A stretch of 64,000 bases of DNA from a virus (Duplodnaviria; Caudoviricetes), in the IMG/VR virus record IMGVR_UViG_3300032285_002814, positions 1,516 through 65,515 of that record; one strand, 5' to 3'. Position numbers and translations under genes: made by a program. The notes under the pieces were generated by a model. The model saw only the letters and a program-made list of their open reading frames with translations. It was not told the DNA's origin and ran no database searches. Shown in pieces: positions 37,184-46,624 of this stretch. The first letter of the stretch is position 1; every line of letters begins with the position of its first letter.

Positions 37184-37591
37184 ATGAAACAATTAATGTT
37201 GTGTCTTTTGGTGCTATTAGCATCATGCGCAAAACCGCTTATCGAAACTGAAATTAAAAAGGAAACTCTCTACTACCGAATCGAAGAACTAGACGAAGAT
37301 GGAACAAAAACATACAGTCAAGTAGAAACAATCAAAATCAAAGTTGAATCGTGCGATGGAGAAGGCGATGATGACGATGACGATGACGATCACACACTCG
37401 CTGTAACGTTTGTATCTTTTTCAGTTGTACTTGATAAAAGCAATCGACCACTTCTCAAGTGGCAAGTAGAAAACGAAATGCCAACTAACATATATAATAT
37501 ACAAAGATCGATCGATGCCAAATCGTGGCAGAATATAACTATCGTGCATGCCTCAGGCGCCCCTATATATTCGTACATTGATAATCAATAA
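37184..37591 (+). CDS. lipoprotein with circularly permuted Bacteroidota 'LPVTL..F' Ig/FN3-like domain
   Basis: Lipobox LLASC; YYRIEELDEDG..TYS lies before LAVTFVSF..LKWQ..IQRSID..W. Confidence 0.65.
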   Translation: MKQLMLCLLVLLASCAKPLIETEIKKETLYYRIEELDEDGTKTYSQVETIKIKVESCDGEGDDDDDDDDHTLAVTFVSFSVVLDKSNRPLLKWQVENEMPTNIYNIQRSIDAKSWQNITIVHASGAPIYSYIDNQ

Positions 37592-37611
37592 GTTGTGATA
37601 TTAAGAAAAAA

Positions 37612-37701
37612 AATATATGTAACTCGTTGGTTCTCCCTGAAGTATTTTTGAAAATAGTCGCTAAATTATTTTTTTATGTCGGTGGAACGCGGTACTTTTA
37701 C
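37612..37701 (+). promoter_or_regulatory. conserved promoter cassette, copy 2
   Basis: About 50 bp matches copy 3 with one substitution; ends in TACTTTTAC. Confidence 0.78.
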
Positions 37702-37749
37702 CCTGTTATCGCCAATCAGGCATCAAATTATAAAAAAAAATAATAAGTT

Positions 37750-38535
37750 ATGACGAAATTAAATTACAAAAATGCTGCTCAAGCTAAACGTGAAACTGGA
37801 CTTTCTTACATCGGCGCTGTTAACTCAAGCGCTAAGATCTTAAAAAACGAAAAGTACAACGAACTTACTTACATTATCTATCTGGCACCCGCCAACCTGA
37901 GCGGATACGAAGTGTGTCCGATGCGTACAGACGAATGTACGAATGCGTGTTTATTTGGTAGCGGACAAGTTATTATGGATAAAACGAATCGTATCGTTGA
38001 ATCTCGTATCAAGAAGACGCAAATGTTTTTCACTGATCGCGAATACTTTATGTCGTGGGTAGTAAAAGAGATAGAGCAAGCAAAAGCAAAAGCTGCGAAG
38101 AAGGATATGAAATTCTCTGTACGTTTGAATGGCACCTCTGATCTCGAACCAACTCTGTTCAAATTAAATGGCAAAACGTTATTCGAAATATTTCCAGACG
38201 TACAGTTCTACGACTACACTAAAGTGCCTAAACGCTTTAGATTGTTGCAAACGTATAGTAACTACGATCTAACGTTCAGTTATTCTGGACATAATTGGTC
38301 TGCGTGCGAAGAGATATTAGATAACAAATCTGGTCGTGTGGCTGTTGTATTCGAAAAGAATTTACCTGAAACTTACAAAGGATATAAAGTATTTGACGGC
38401 GATGCATACGATATGAGATACGTAGACGAACAAGGCGTGATAGTTGGTTTAAAGTTCAAACGCGTTAAGAATAAGGTAGAAAAGACTAACAATGCCTTCA
38501 TCGTTGCGATAGACGATATCAACAGAAATAAATAA
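37750..38535 (+). CDS. gp88-like (radical-SAM-related) phage protein
   Basis: CPMRTDECTNAC, RLNGTSDL, FYDYTK, LTFSYS and DGDAYDMR. Confidence 0.75.
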   Translation: MTKLNYKNAAQAKRETGLSYIGAVNSSAKILKNEKYNELTYIIYLAPANLSGYEVCPMRTDECTNACLFGSGQVIMDKTNRIVESRIKKTQMFFTDREYFMSWVVKEIEQAKAKAAKKDMKFSVRLNGTSDLEPTLFKLNGKTLFEIFPDVQFYDYTKVPKRFRLLQTYSNYDLTFSYSGHNWSACEEILDNKSGRVAVVFEKNLPETYKGYKVFDGDAYDMRYVDEQGVIVGLKFKRVKNKVEKTNNAFIVAIDDINRNK

Positions 38536-38598
38536 GCACTTATTGGTTCTTAAAAATGTAAAATTAAAACACTATTAGTAACTTAAAAAATTATAGAT

Positions 38599-39108
38599 AT
38601 GACTCCAAGACAGTTCAACGAATTACAAAGACAAGCAGACGTAATCGAAACGCACACAAAAAACATGGAAGTGAACAAAGCTGTAGAGCTGTTCGTAGAA
38701 ACACTAGCACTGAAGTACACGGATATAGACGAACAGTCTGACAAGTGGCACGATCTTTATTCCAAAGAATGCCAGCTGTTTGGAATTATGAGTAAGTTTG
38801 ACAAATCTCAATCAGTTGAATACAAAAAGCGCATCGCTAAAGAATCATTCAAATGGAAGATAAAACAAGTGACTGGCTTTTTCATGTTGGGAGATAATCA
38901 CAATTTCAACGACGAAGGACATGGATACTTAGATACTCACGTCGAGTGGGGTGGAATGCAAGTTGAAGTTATAATATATAGAAAAGCAGAAAGAGAAACG
39001 GAATTTTTTGTAGACATGTATGGTCACAACAATACAAGTAGAGAAGCTAGATTACAAAAAGAGAGAGACTTAGAAAAACAATTTTATAATTACATTTCAA
39101 ATCAGTAA
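38599..39108 (+). CDS. hypothetical protein
   Basis: ORF with A-rich leader. Confidence 0.75.
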   Translation: MTPRQFNELQRQADVIETHTKNMEVNKAVELFVETLALKYTDIDEQSDKWHDLYSKECQLFGIMSKFDKSQSVEYKKRIAKESFKWKIKQVTGFFMLGDNHNFNDEGHGYLDTHVEWGGMQVEVIIYRKAERETEFFVDMYGHNNTSREARLQKERDLEKQFYNYISNQ

Positions 39109-39126
39109 ATTTAAAAAATAAAAGTT

Positions 39127-39327
39127 ATGACATTCAAATTTTTCGTACAAACAAAAAGAGTTGATTCCATATTTGTGGAATTACCAGGAAAATCTCGAAT
39201 CATAGAACAAGATGACGAGTGGACTACAGTAGAAATAACAATCAATAACGATATAGATGCGTTAAGTTTATTCCACGCAGGTTGCAGAGCTGGAATGAAC
39301 GAAGTACTTAATCAAATAAAACTATAA
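39127..39327 (+). CDS. hypothetical protein
   Basis: AAAGTTATG start. Confidence 0.7.
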   Translation: MTFKFFVQTKRVDSIFVELPGKSRIIEQDDEWTTVEITINNDIDALSLFHAGCRAGMNEVLNQIKL

Positions 39328-39340
39328 AAAAATAAAAGTT

Positions 39341-39511
39341 ATGAAATTTCAAGAAAAAGGCAGCACAGCCAAAAAACACTTTCAAATCAGTTTAACAAAA
39401 TCGTTCATTAGACTTATTGCATGTTTGTGCTTAGGATATAAAGACTTCGTTGGATCTGCTGTACTATTAGCCTTCGCTGAGGTATTGGGAATCTACGAAG
39501 AGATCGCTTAA
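39341..39511 (+). CDS. small membrane protein (56 aa)
   Basis: Hand-read ORF ending ...LLAFAEVLGIYEEIA; AAAGTTATG start. Confidence 0.7.
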   Translation: MKFQEKGSTAKKHFQISLTKSFIRLIACLCLGYKDFVGSAVLLAFAEVLGIYEEIA

Positions 39512-39537
39512 CAAAACAAAAAACCAAAAATAAAGTT

Positions 39538-39750
39538 ATGAATCAAGAAAAAATTGACACACCAACACTTATCGTTATCATGTTTCTTATGATGGCACTT
39601 ATTAACGGATTGATGGGATGCAGAGGTACAAAGATAGCCAGTACTCCTACTAAAAGACAGATTAAAAAATCCATGAGACACTCTACGTGGGAATATGAAA
39701 TGCCTAAAACATCAATTATGTATGATAGTTATAGAGTAGCTAATTACTAA
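39538..39750 (+). CDS. small membrane protein or lipoprotein
   Basis: Hydrophobic segment ending LMGC. Confidence 0.65.
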   Translation: MNQEKIDTPTLIVIMFLMMALINGLMGCRGTKIASTPTKRQIKKSMRHSTWEYEMPKTSIMYDSYRVANY

Positions 39751-39848
39751 AAAGAAAAAACTTTTCGCACTGAAAAATTATACTTTCGTCAGTCAAAAGA
39801 GTTTCATATATTTACTATATAACAATAAAACAAAACAAAAAACACGTT

Positions 39849-40145
39849 ATGAGCAAAAACAAAACGCAAAGCACATCTTCAAAGAGTGCACCAGTTGCAA
39901 AGAGCAACCGTCCATCAACTTACACTAAGTTGACTTACATTCAGAAAGTAAGCCGTATCAATCGCAAATTGCGCACAGGCGACATTAGCAAAGTTGCTAG
40001 CGAAATGGGCTACTCAAACACCCACGTTTCTGATGTAGTTAGTGGAAAGTACTTCAACGACACTATCGTTAATCGTATCTACGATCTAACACGTAATCGT
40101 GTATCTAACGCGGTTAAGTTGTCTAAGATGAGCAGCAACGCCTAA
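39849..40145 (+). CDS. small basic HTH DNA-binding protein
   Basis: GDISKVASEMGYSNTHVSDVVSGK HTH; own TATATTTAC box upstream and hairpins downstream. Confidence 0.7.
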   Translation: MSKNKTQSTSSKSAPVAKSNRPSTYTKLTYIQKVSRINRKLRTGDISKVASEMGYSNTHVSDVVSGKYFNDTIVNRIYDLTRNRVSNAVKLSKMSSNA

Positions 40146-40197
40146 TTAACTTCTCTGTATCATGAGGCATTCTTAAGCCTCACAGATTGTTACCCTC

Positions 40198-40252
40198 AAG
40201 ATCAATTATCTATTTACTTGTCTAAGTTGAATATTTAATTGATCTTTTTTTT
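40198..40252 (+). terminator. long-stem intrinsic terminator
   Basis: AAGATCAATTA...TAATTGATCTT plus T-run. Confidence 0.65.
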
Positions 40253-40463
40253 ATATATGATATTTCACTTGATAATTAATTCTAATATGAGCAATATATA
40301 CGTATACGTGTGGCAATACAAAGCAAACTCTGAGCTCACCCCGTGCTCACCATTTAGCCAAAAGGGGGCCTACCAATAGGCTAACATAGGGCCCCACCCC
40401 AATACCTGCCCCAAGGGGCCTATCACAACAAATTGGTTACCAAAAAGATAAGCATTCACTGGA

Positions 40464-40555
40464 AATATATGTGTAAAGCGTTGGTTCTCCCTGAAGTATT
40501 TTTGAAAATAGTTGCTAAATTATTTTTTAGTGTCAAAAAGTCGTCGTACATTTAC
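40464..40555 (+). promoter_or_regulatory. conserved promoter cassette, copy 3
   Basis: TTGGTTCTCCCTGAAGTATTTTTGAAAATAGTTGCTAAATTA..TACATTTAC. Confidence 0.78.
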
Positions 40556-40601
40556 TCTATTAACGGCAACAGACAGCCTAATCATTAAAAAAATATATAA
40601 T

Positions 40602-40958
40602 ATGAACAAGACAATCACTTACAACGACGCAATCTGGAACACTTCATCTCAAGAGCAAACAGTTTATTTGCCTAAATCGGCTACAAAGCTTACTGAAAAA
40701 GCTTCTAGCGGTACACGTGTAGAATACGTTGACTTCTTCGGTAAGAAGCAAATTATTCCATGTAAGACTAATAAAGCTTTGAAAGAAGCTATGCAATTCT
40801 TATCAATGCTGAAACGTGAGTCGGCTACTATCAATCAGATCTGCGCTCAGTACAACGTTAAGATGGGTAAATTCCAAAACGTTAACAAACTTAAGCAAGA
40901 GCTTAGAGCGTTAGGACTTACTGCAGGTGCAGTTAATCGTTTAGCTGTTATCAAGTAA
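40602..40958 (+). CDS. hypothetical protein
   Basis: First ATG after cassette 3; same AAAAAAATATATAATATG leader as 33752. Confidence 0.75.
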   Translation: MNKTITYNDAIWNTSSQEQTVYLPKSATKLTEKASSGTRVEYVDFFGKKQIIPCKTNKALKEAMQFLSMLKRESATINQICAQYNVKMGKFQNVNKLKQELRALGLTAGAVNRLAVIK

Positions 40959-41017
40959 TATCAGCATCCACTTCAATTCTAATCAAATCATTATAAAAAT
41001 ATAAAACAATTAAAGTT

Positions 41018-41446
41018 ATGAAAAAAGTATCAATTATCAATTCAGAAAGAATCAGTCAAGTAGAATTTATCAACGATCGTAAAGGCGAATACAGAGCAAT
41101 CGTAAAAGTGCAAGCGGGCTTTATGACGGTTGTAGACGATATAGGTATTCAAAACAAATGGGGTAGACAACAGTGGAATTCAGCTATCGACGTATTTCGT
41201 GGCTTTAAGAAAGGCGCTTTACAAACTATAGAATTCAAAGCAGAAGGATCAGATACGTGGTTGACTGTATTCGCTAAAGCAGGTAACAAAGTTAAATTGA
41301 TGGACTATCAGTTGTTTAAAGATATGGAAGTTGGTGACATCAATCAGAATTGGTCGAGCACTAATTTGTATAGCCAAAATAATTACGCATTGTGTAACGC
41401 AAAAACATGGGCTGATAAGGCATTCGTTGCAAACAAATCTAAATAA
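41018..41446 (+). CDS. hypothetical protein
   Basis: AAAGTTATG start. Confidence 0.75.
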   Translation: MKKVSIINSERISQVEFINDRKGEYRAIVKVQAGFMTVVDDIGIQNKWGRQQWNSAIDVFRGFKKGALQTIEFKAEGSDTWLTVFAKAGNKVKLMDYQLFKDMEVGDINQNWSSTNLYSQNNYALCNAKTWADKAFVANKSK

Positions 41447-41487
41447 TCATTCACAAAACTTATTATATAAAAAACAAAATTAAAATT

Positions 41488-41700
41488 ATGAATACAATCA
41501 ATCCTTACATCGACATCATCAACATTGACAGATCACAAGAGATCGAAGACATGTTTGCACCTACGTTAGAAGATATTAAAAACGATCCAGAATTTTACGC
41601 TGAATTAGTTAACGATCTTATGCATCATTGGATGCACGGTACACGCGAGACTGAGCTTATGATAATGGCTAAAAAAAATCAAATAAATAAATTTAACTAA
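41488..41700 (+). CDS. hypothetical protein
   Basis: ORF with A-rich leader. Confidence 0.7.
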   Translation: MNTINPYIDIINIDRSQEIEDMFAPTLEDIKNDPEFYAELVNDLMHHWMHGTRETELMIMAKKNQINKFN

Positions 41701-41728
41701 AATAATTAATCAAATAAAAAAATATAAT

Positions 41729-42013
41729 ATGACATATAATATGACATCTTACGAAATTTCACAAAGAGTAAAATACATGCAAGAACGTGGTTATCCAAAC
41801 GAAGCTATAGAGTCTTGGATCCAAGCAAACGATAAAGGCGGATACTATCGCTACCCCATCAGCTCCGATCACAATAACGACAGCTACGATCACGATAACG
41901 GATACACTCACTCGCAACAATCTTACGCAGACAGATCAGACTACGCAAGAGAATTATACGAAAGAGGTAGAATAGATCGTACGCAGATGGCTGAAATGAG
42001 AATGGGAGCTTAA
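41729..42013 (+). CDS. hypothetical protein
   Basis: ORF with A-rich leader. Confidence 0.7.
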   Translation: MTYNMTSYEISQRVKYMQERGYPNEAIESWIQANDKGGYYRYPISSDHNNDSYDHDNGYTHSQQSYADRSDYARELYERGRIDRTQMAEMRMGA

Positions 42014-42042
42014 TTAAATTAATCAAATCAAAAATAAAAGTT

Positions 42043-42411
42043 ATGACGCAAAAAGAAATTAAAGCAATGGCAAAAGAAATTGTAGGCGATGGACAAACAC
42101 CAAATTTATGGTTCGTTACTTACGGTCCATACATCGCAGTACATGATGGAGATATGTCGTACGACTTCGAATTGATCGAAGGCAGAGACGGAAACACAGA
42201 CACATTCACTCAAGGTCCTTTCACAAGTTATGAAGAAGCTTTAGAAGCTTACGATGAAATAGAACTCAGCTTCGATTACGGAATTGGACAAGCATTCATT
42301 GAAGATAGAGAATGCGGTACTGTTACAGAAAAGTGGTTGCACAAAAAAGTAAGAACAGAATACATACAAGACGAATACGATAATTCAAAAAGATTCTATA
42401 AAAATAATTAA
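42043..42411 (+). CDS. hypothetical protein
   Basis: AAAGTTATG start. Confidence 0.75.
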   Translation: MTQKEIKAMAKEIVGDGQTPNLWFVTYGPYIAVHDGDMSYDFELIEGRDGNTDTFTQGPFTSYEEALEAYDEIELSFDYGIGQAFIEDRECGTVTEKWLHKKVRTEYIQDEYDNSKRFYKNN

Positions 42412-42431
42412 TCACATTAAAAATAAAAGTT

Positions 42432-42722
42432 ATGAAACAAAAAAAATTAACATTCCAACAAGTAGTAACTCGCTTAGAAAAAGCTAAGATCCCGTGCGCA
42501 GTTAAACGTTTCGGATACGACGACGAAATAACTTACTCGATAGAATTTGGCTTTAATTGGCCAGAAGAGTTGGTCGAACAAGTCGATAAAGCATTTGAAT
42601 GGTATGGAGAAAAAGTCCCAGATTACGTAGGACTGTGTGGCAGTTCAATCAGCGATAATATGACAGCAAATAAGACAATAGCTGGTGGTCCTAAAGACTA
42701 TATCGGCTACAACAAATGGTAA
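42432..42722 (+). CDS. hypothetical protein
   Basis: AAAGTTATG start. Confidence 0.75.
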   Translation: MKQKKLTFQQVVTRLEKAKIPCAVKRFGYDDEITYSIEFGFNWPEELVEQVDKAFEWYGEKVPDYVGLCGSSISDNMTANKTIAGGPKDYIGYNKW

Positions 42723-42758
42723 ACAAAAAATAAATTAAATAAATTAAAAACAAAAATT

Positions 42759-43025
42759 ATGCAACTAAATGCAAGATTAGAAGATTTCAAAGGAAATGGT
42801 ACACAAATATATTCAGTAATTTTCACGAATCCATACGAAGACACTCCTCCAGACGAGATAGGAGTAGAAACATGGCTCGCAAATAGTGAAGAGCATCTAA
42901 AAGAAGAGTTGTTTGAAGAGTTCGTCATCGAAGGTACATACGAAGAGGAAACTTTCTTCGAAGTTATTTTGGAAAGTATAGCAATCAAACAAATAGGAAC
43001 AGTAATTAATATCACTAACGACTAA
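42759..43025 (+). CDS. highly acidic small protein
   Basis: Glu-rich EEHLKEELFEEFVIEGTYEEETFFE. Confidence 0.7.
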   Translation: MQLNARLEDFKGNGTQIYSVIFTNPYEDTPPDEIGVETWLANSEEHLKEELFEEFVIEGTYEEETFFEVILESIAIKQIGTVINITND

Positions 43026-43036
43026 AAACAAAAATT

Positions 43037-43396
43037 ATGAAAGCATTATTGATCGATTCAAAAAACAGATTAGTAAAACAAATCGAAATCGGTGAACACT
43101 TCACTGAAATTTCAAAAGCAATAGACTGCGAAGTATTCGCCGCTCCTCACATCATGCACAACAACGACACTTTGTACTGCGACGACGAAGGTCTACTCAA
43201 GAATCCAGAATATTTCTTCCTACTCGATAGTTATCCGCAACCAATTGCAGGAAATGGTTTAATTTTGGGATGCGATGATGAAGGAGACAGCACAGACGTT
43301 AGCATGAGTCTTATCGAATTATCGAATAGAATAACATTCATGGACGTGCATGATGCCTACAATTGGTCGCTGAAACAATCTTATCAATTTAATTAA
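43037..43396 (+). CDS. DUF3846-like protein
   Basis: LYCDDEGLLK...PIAGNGLILG. Confidence 0.75.
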   Translation: MKALLIDSKNRLVKQIEIGEHFTEISKAIDCEVFAAPHIMHNNDTLYCDDEGLLKNPEYFFLLDSYPQPIAGNGLILGCDDEGDSTDVSMSLIELSNRITFMDVHDAYNWSLKQSYQFN

Positions 43397-43406
43397 TACA
43401 AAAGTT

Positions 43407-43631
43407 ATGAACACAGAAAAAATTACAAAAGAGGAATTAGAGTTTTGCTACTACAAAAGAGGCAACGCAGGAGGATTCAAAACAAAGCTGATAGAAGCCA
43501 TCTTCGCAGCTGACGATAACAACAGAAGCAAGTTAGCTCAAGGTTTTCCTGAATTAGTTGAAGTAGTCAACAGATACTGTAATGAGACAGGATATTGGTA
43601 CGATCTACAAGATAGGTTCGCAAATTATTAA
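43407..43631 (+). CDS. hypothetical phage protein
   Basis: GGFKTKLIEAIFAADDNNRSKLAQGFPELV pattern. Confidence 0.75.
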   Translation: MNTEKITKEELEFCYYKRGNAGGFKTKLIEAIFAADDNNRSKLAQGFPELVEVVNRYCNETGYWYDLQDRFANY

Positions 43632-43670
43632 ACAAATCATTCAAAAATTGTAAACCAAAAAATTAAAGTT

Positions 43671-43877
43671 ATGGCTAAATGTAAAGTATGTCAAGAAGAA
43701 ATACACCCGCTTCGAGTAAAAATGGGATATAAGACAACATGTGTTAAGCACTCAACCTCTGAGAGATACACAGGTATCGTAGTAGCAGATCACAAAACTG
43801 CAGACTCAATACAAATCATCAAAGATCCAGAAATTGGTCGTCAATTGGTGGAATTAAGTAATGTTTATGGTCACTAA
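43671..43877 (+). CDS. small Zn-finger protein (DksA/TraR-like C/H pattern)
   Basis: CKVCQEEIHPLR.....TTCVKH. Confidence 0.6.
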   Translation: MAKCKVCQEEIHPLRVKMGYKTTCVKHSTSERYTGIVVADHKTADSIQIIKDPEIGRQLVELSNVYGH

Positions 43878-43893
43878 TTGATATTTATTGTAT

Positions 43894-44502
43894 ATGGCAT
43901 TAGAACTAAAAACTTACGGAGATTTAAAGAAGTTGATCAAAGCCATTTCGTTAAAACAGAAAGGCGAAAAGATTGTTTCTCAAGGAAAAGAGTTTGCTTT
44001 AGATCAGATTTTGGGTTTGATACCTGGAGCATCTAACGCAAAAACAGCTTTCGCTTTCTTTACTGCTGCATTCAAAAAGCCTGATACTAAAAAGACAGGA
44101 ACTTGGTTAGATAGATTAGACATAGATGATGACATGTCGGCAATAGTAGATGATACTGTAGAAAATGGATTTATGAAAACGCTATCAGACACTCTTGAAA
44201 AAGAACCAGACAACAAACCATTAGAAGCAGATTTTAATATGAATGCAAGAATGGTTGACTATCTTAGAGACAAACACAACGGAAGATTTGTATCAGGAAT
44301 TAAAGAAAATAAAAACAATAAAATGGCAAAATACAATTTAGAGAGTCTGAGTCCAGACGAACAAACCAAACTTAAAGAATATATCTCAAGTGTAAAAGAA
44401 ATCAAGAAGGAAATTAAAAAGCTAGTAGAAAAAGCTGGCACCAAAGATATGGAAAACGAAGGAGGAAACATGTCGACAGGGTTAAAGTTGTCACTGAAAT
44501 AA
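43894..44502 (+). CDS. hypothetical protein (possibly virion-associated)
   Basis: ATG 6 nt behind GATATTTA; followed by a terminator. Confidence 0.7.
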   Translation: MALELKTYGDLKKLIKAISLKQKGEKIVSQGKEFALDQILGLIPGASNAKTAFAFFTAAFKKPDTKKTGTWLDRLDIDDDMSAIVDDTVENGFMKTLSDTLEKEPDNKPLEADFNMNARMVDYLRDKHNGRFVSGIKENKNNKMAKYNLESLSPDEQTKLKEYISSVKEIKKEIKKLVEKAGTKDMENEGGNMSTGLKLSLK

Positions 44503-44526
44503 AAAATAAGCATACACTAATAATAT

Positions 44527-44551
44527 AAAGCCCTCTTTTTGAGGGTTTTTT
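44527..44551 (+). terminator. intrinsic terminator
   Basis: AAAGCCCTC-ttttt-GAGGGTTTTTT. Confidence 0.8.
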
Positions 44552-44568
44552 ATTAAATTTACTATATC

Positions 44569-44910
44569 ATGAATCTAATATACGGACTTTTATGGGGATT
44601 GTTTGCGCAAGTAATAACATTCTTACAGCTGCAAGGACAGATGAAATATGATGTACTTAAAAACAATACTTGGTTTCTACTACTTATGGGATTGCCTATA
44701 TCTTACATGTTCATGCAGTCAGTAAAGAACTTCGTACTAGCATTCGACGGTCAGATTTGGCCAAGTAGATTGTTAGGATTCGGATTAGGAGTTATAGTGT
44801 TCTCTATAATGTCTTCTTTGCTATTCAAAGAGCCATTTACTATGAAGACTATATCTTGCTTATTCTTAGCATTGTGCATAATATTGATACAATTATTTTG
44901 GAAAAATTAA
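44569..44910 (+). CDS. 4-TM small membrane protein (SMR/EamA-like topology)
   Basis: Four hydrophobic segments and LFKEPF motif. Confidence 0.7.
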   Translation: MNLIYGLLWGLFAQVITFLQLQGQMKYDVLKNNTWFLLLMGLPISYMFMQSVKNFVLAFDGQIWPSRLLGFGLGVIVFSIMSSLLFKEPFTMKTISCLFLALCIILIQLFWKN

Positions 44911-44920
44911 AATACGAATT

Positions 44921-45508
44921 ATGAAAGTTAACAGAAAAGAATTAAAATGGTTTCTAGATAATATTAGACGCAAAGCAGAAAGAGACAAAGAAGAAGTAAC
45001 TGACGAAATGCTTGCAGATAAATTAGCGCATTACATGGAAGTGAATCCAGGTTGTATTGATATGAATGAGAGCAATCGTTCAGGCCGATATTATTATTCA
45101 ACCGTTGGTTACGGAGTATTCAGTTTATTGGGAGAAAGATACAGAATGGGTAGAGTCGAGATATTCGATAAACAAAACGATAGCGGTTATCAAATAGACG
45201 AAGGCGTTTATTGTATGCCATTTGAAGCAGCGAATCAATTCGAACAATTCATAGAGAACATAGAAACAGATTTGCCAATTAATATAGAGATGGGAACCAT
45301 GGATCAGTGTCGTGCTGCGGTCGCAGAAGATCTTGGAATACCCGAAGATAAGTTAAATGATTCTGAAACTCAAAAGGCATATTATAGAAAGAAGAATGAT
45401 GAATGGGCGCAAGAAAAAGGATATAAAGACTTTGATGATATGTTAGCTAACAGCAGTTTAGGCGATTTAAGAATAACTAAAAATGAAAATAATGAAACAC
45501 AAAATTAG
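44921..45508 (+). CDS. hypothetical protein
   Basis: ORF in operon. Confidence 0.75.
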   Translation: MKVNRKELKWFLDNIRRKAERDKEEVTDEMLADKLAHYMEVNPGCIDMNESNRSGRYYYSTVGYGVFSLLGERYRMGRVEIFDKQNDSGYQIDEGVYCMPFEAANQFEQFIENIETDLPINIEMGTMDQCRAAVAEDLGIPEDKLNDSETQKAYYRKKNDEWAQEKGYKDFDDMLANSSLGDLRITKNENNETQN

Positions 45509-45866
45509 AAGCATCGTTGATGGCATAAAGAACTTATGGAAGTGGCGTAAAATAATATACAAAGATAGGGATTGGGATCATTACTATATATATGAGATAT
45601 TAAAAACCAAGTTGCAGTTTCAAGCAGACTACATGCAAAAACACGGAATGACTGAGAGCGCAACAGATATCGCAAAAGAAATGCTAGAGTGTATAGACCT
45701 TATAGATAAAGTTCAAAATGAATACTATTTGGATTTGGCGCTTAATGGACTTTATAATGACAATTGGAATGATGCTAAATTCAGTGAGATGCTTAAGAAG
45801 CACGATGAAGCACAAATAGAATTGTTCAATAAAATAAGAGACAATATTAGTAAATGGTGGGATTAA
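45492..45866 (+). CDS. hypothetical phage protein
   Basis: GIKNLWKW..IIYKDRDWD...KWWD pattern. Confidence 0.75.
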   Translation: MKHKIRSIVDGIKNLWKWRKIIYKDRDWDHYYIYEILKTKLQFQADYMQKHGMTESATDIAKEMLECIDLIDKVQNEYYLDLALNGLYNDNWNDAKFSEMLKKHDEAQIELFNKIRDNISKWWD

Positions 45867-45876
45867 AATTAAGTAT

Positions 45877-46617
45877 ATGAAAACAGTTGTAATAGGCGAC
45901 ATACACGGCAGATCAGTATGGAAACTGATATACGAATTAGAGAAGCCTAATAAAATCATATTCATTGGTGATTACTTCGATTCGTTCGATATCAAAGGGG
46001 TAGATCAGCTGAGTAATTTCCAAGACATAATCAAATTCAAAGAGAGCGGAGTGTGTGAAGTAATTCTACTCATAGGCAATCACGACTACCACTATTTCCC
46101 AGAAATCGGAGATACTGGTACGAGTGGATACCAACACTTGTTTGCTCCATCAATACAATACGTTGTAGATCAAAATAGAAAGCATTTACAGATGGCGTAT
46201 CAAATAGATGATATGTTATTCACTCATGCTGGAGTAAGTAGTAAATTTATGGACAATGTATTTAGCGATGAGTTTGGTTGGAAGGTAGAGAACATAGCGA
46301 TCGATCTAAACGAAATGTTTAAATACAAACCAAAAGAATTTGAATTTGGTATGAATACTAGAGTTGGTTATATAGATCCTTACGGAGACAACGAAGATCA
46401 ATCACCTATATGGATCAGACCTAAATCTCTAATGAGATCCAACAAAGACACACTACGTAAGAAAGTTATTCAAATAGTAGGTCACACAGAACAGACTCAG
46501 ATAGATAAAAAAGGCGGAGCCACAGGAGGCAGATACTATTTCATAGATACGCTTGGAACCAGTGGAGAGTACATGATTATAGAAAATAATGAAATAAAAT
46601 TCTCAACAATAAAATAA
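45877..46617 (+). CDS. calcineurin-like metallophosphoesterase
   Basis: GDIHG, GDYFD, GNHD, THAG and GHT. Confidence 0.92.
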   Translation: MKTVVIGDIHGRSVWKLIYELEKPNKIIFIGDYFDSFDIKGVDQLSNFQDIIKFKESGVCEVILLIGNHDYHYFPEIGDTGTSGYQHLFAPSIQYVVDQNRKHLQMAYQIDDMLFTHAGVSSKFMDNVFSDEFGWKVENIAIDLNEMFKYKPKEFEFGMNTRVGYIDPYGDNEDQSPIWIRPKSLMRSNKDTLRKKVIQIVGHTEQTQIDKKGGATGGRYYFIDTLGTSGEYMIIENNEIKFSTIK

Positions 46618-46624
46618 GCAAGTT

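Noticed and set aside
37365-37392. GAY trinucleotide run as a tandem-repeat locus
   Set aside because: It encodes a poly-Asp linker with mixed GAT/GAC codons.
40277-40379. Short ORF MSNIYVYVWQ... across the GC-rich island
   Set aside because: About 30 codons with atypical composition and no typical start context; the repeats are better explained as structural.
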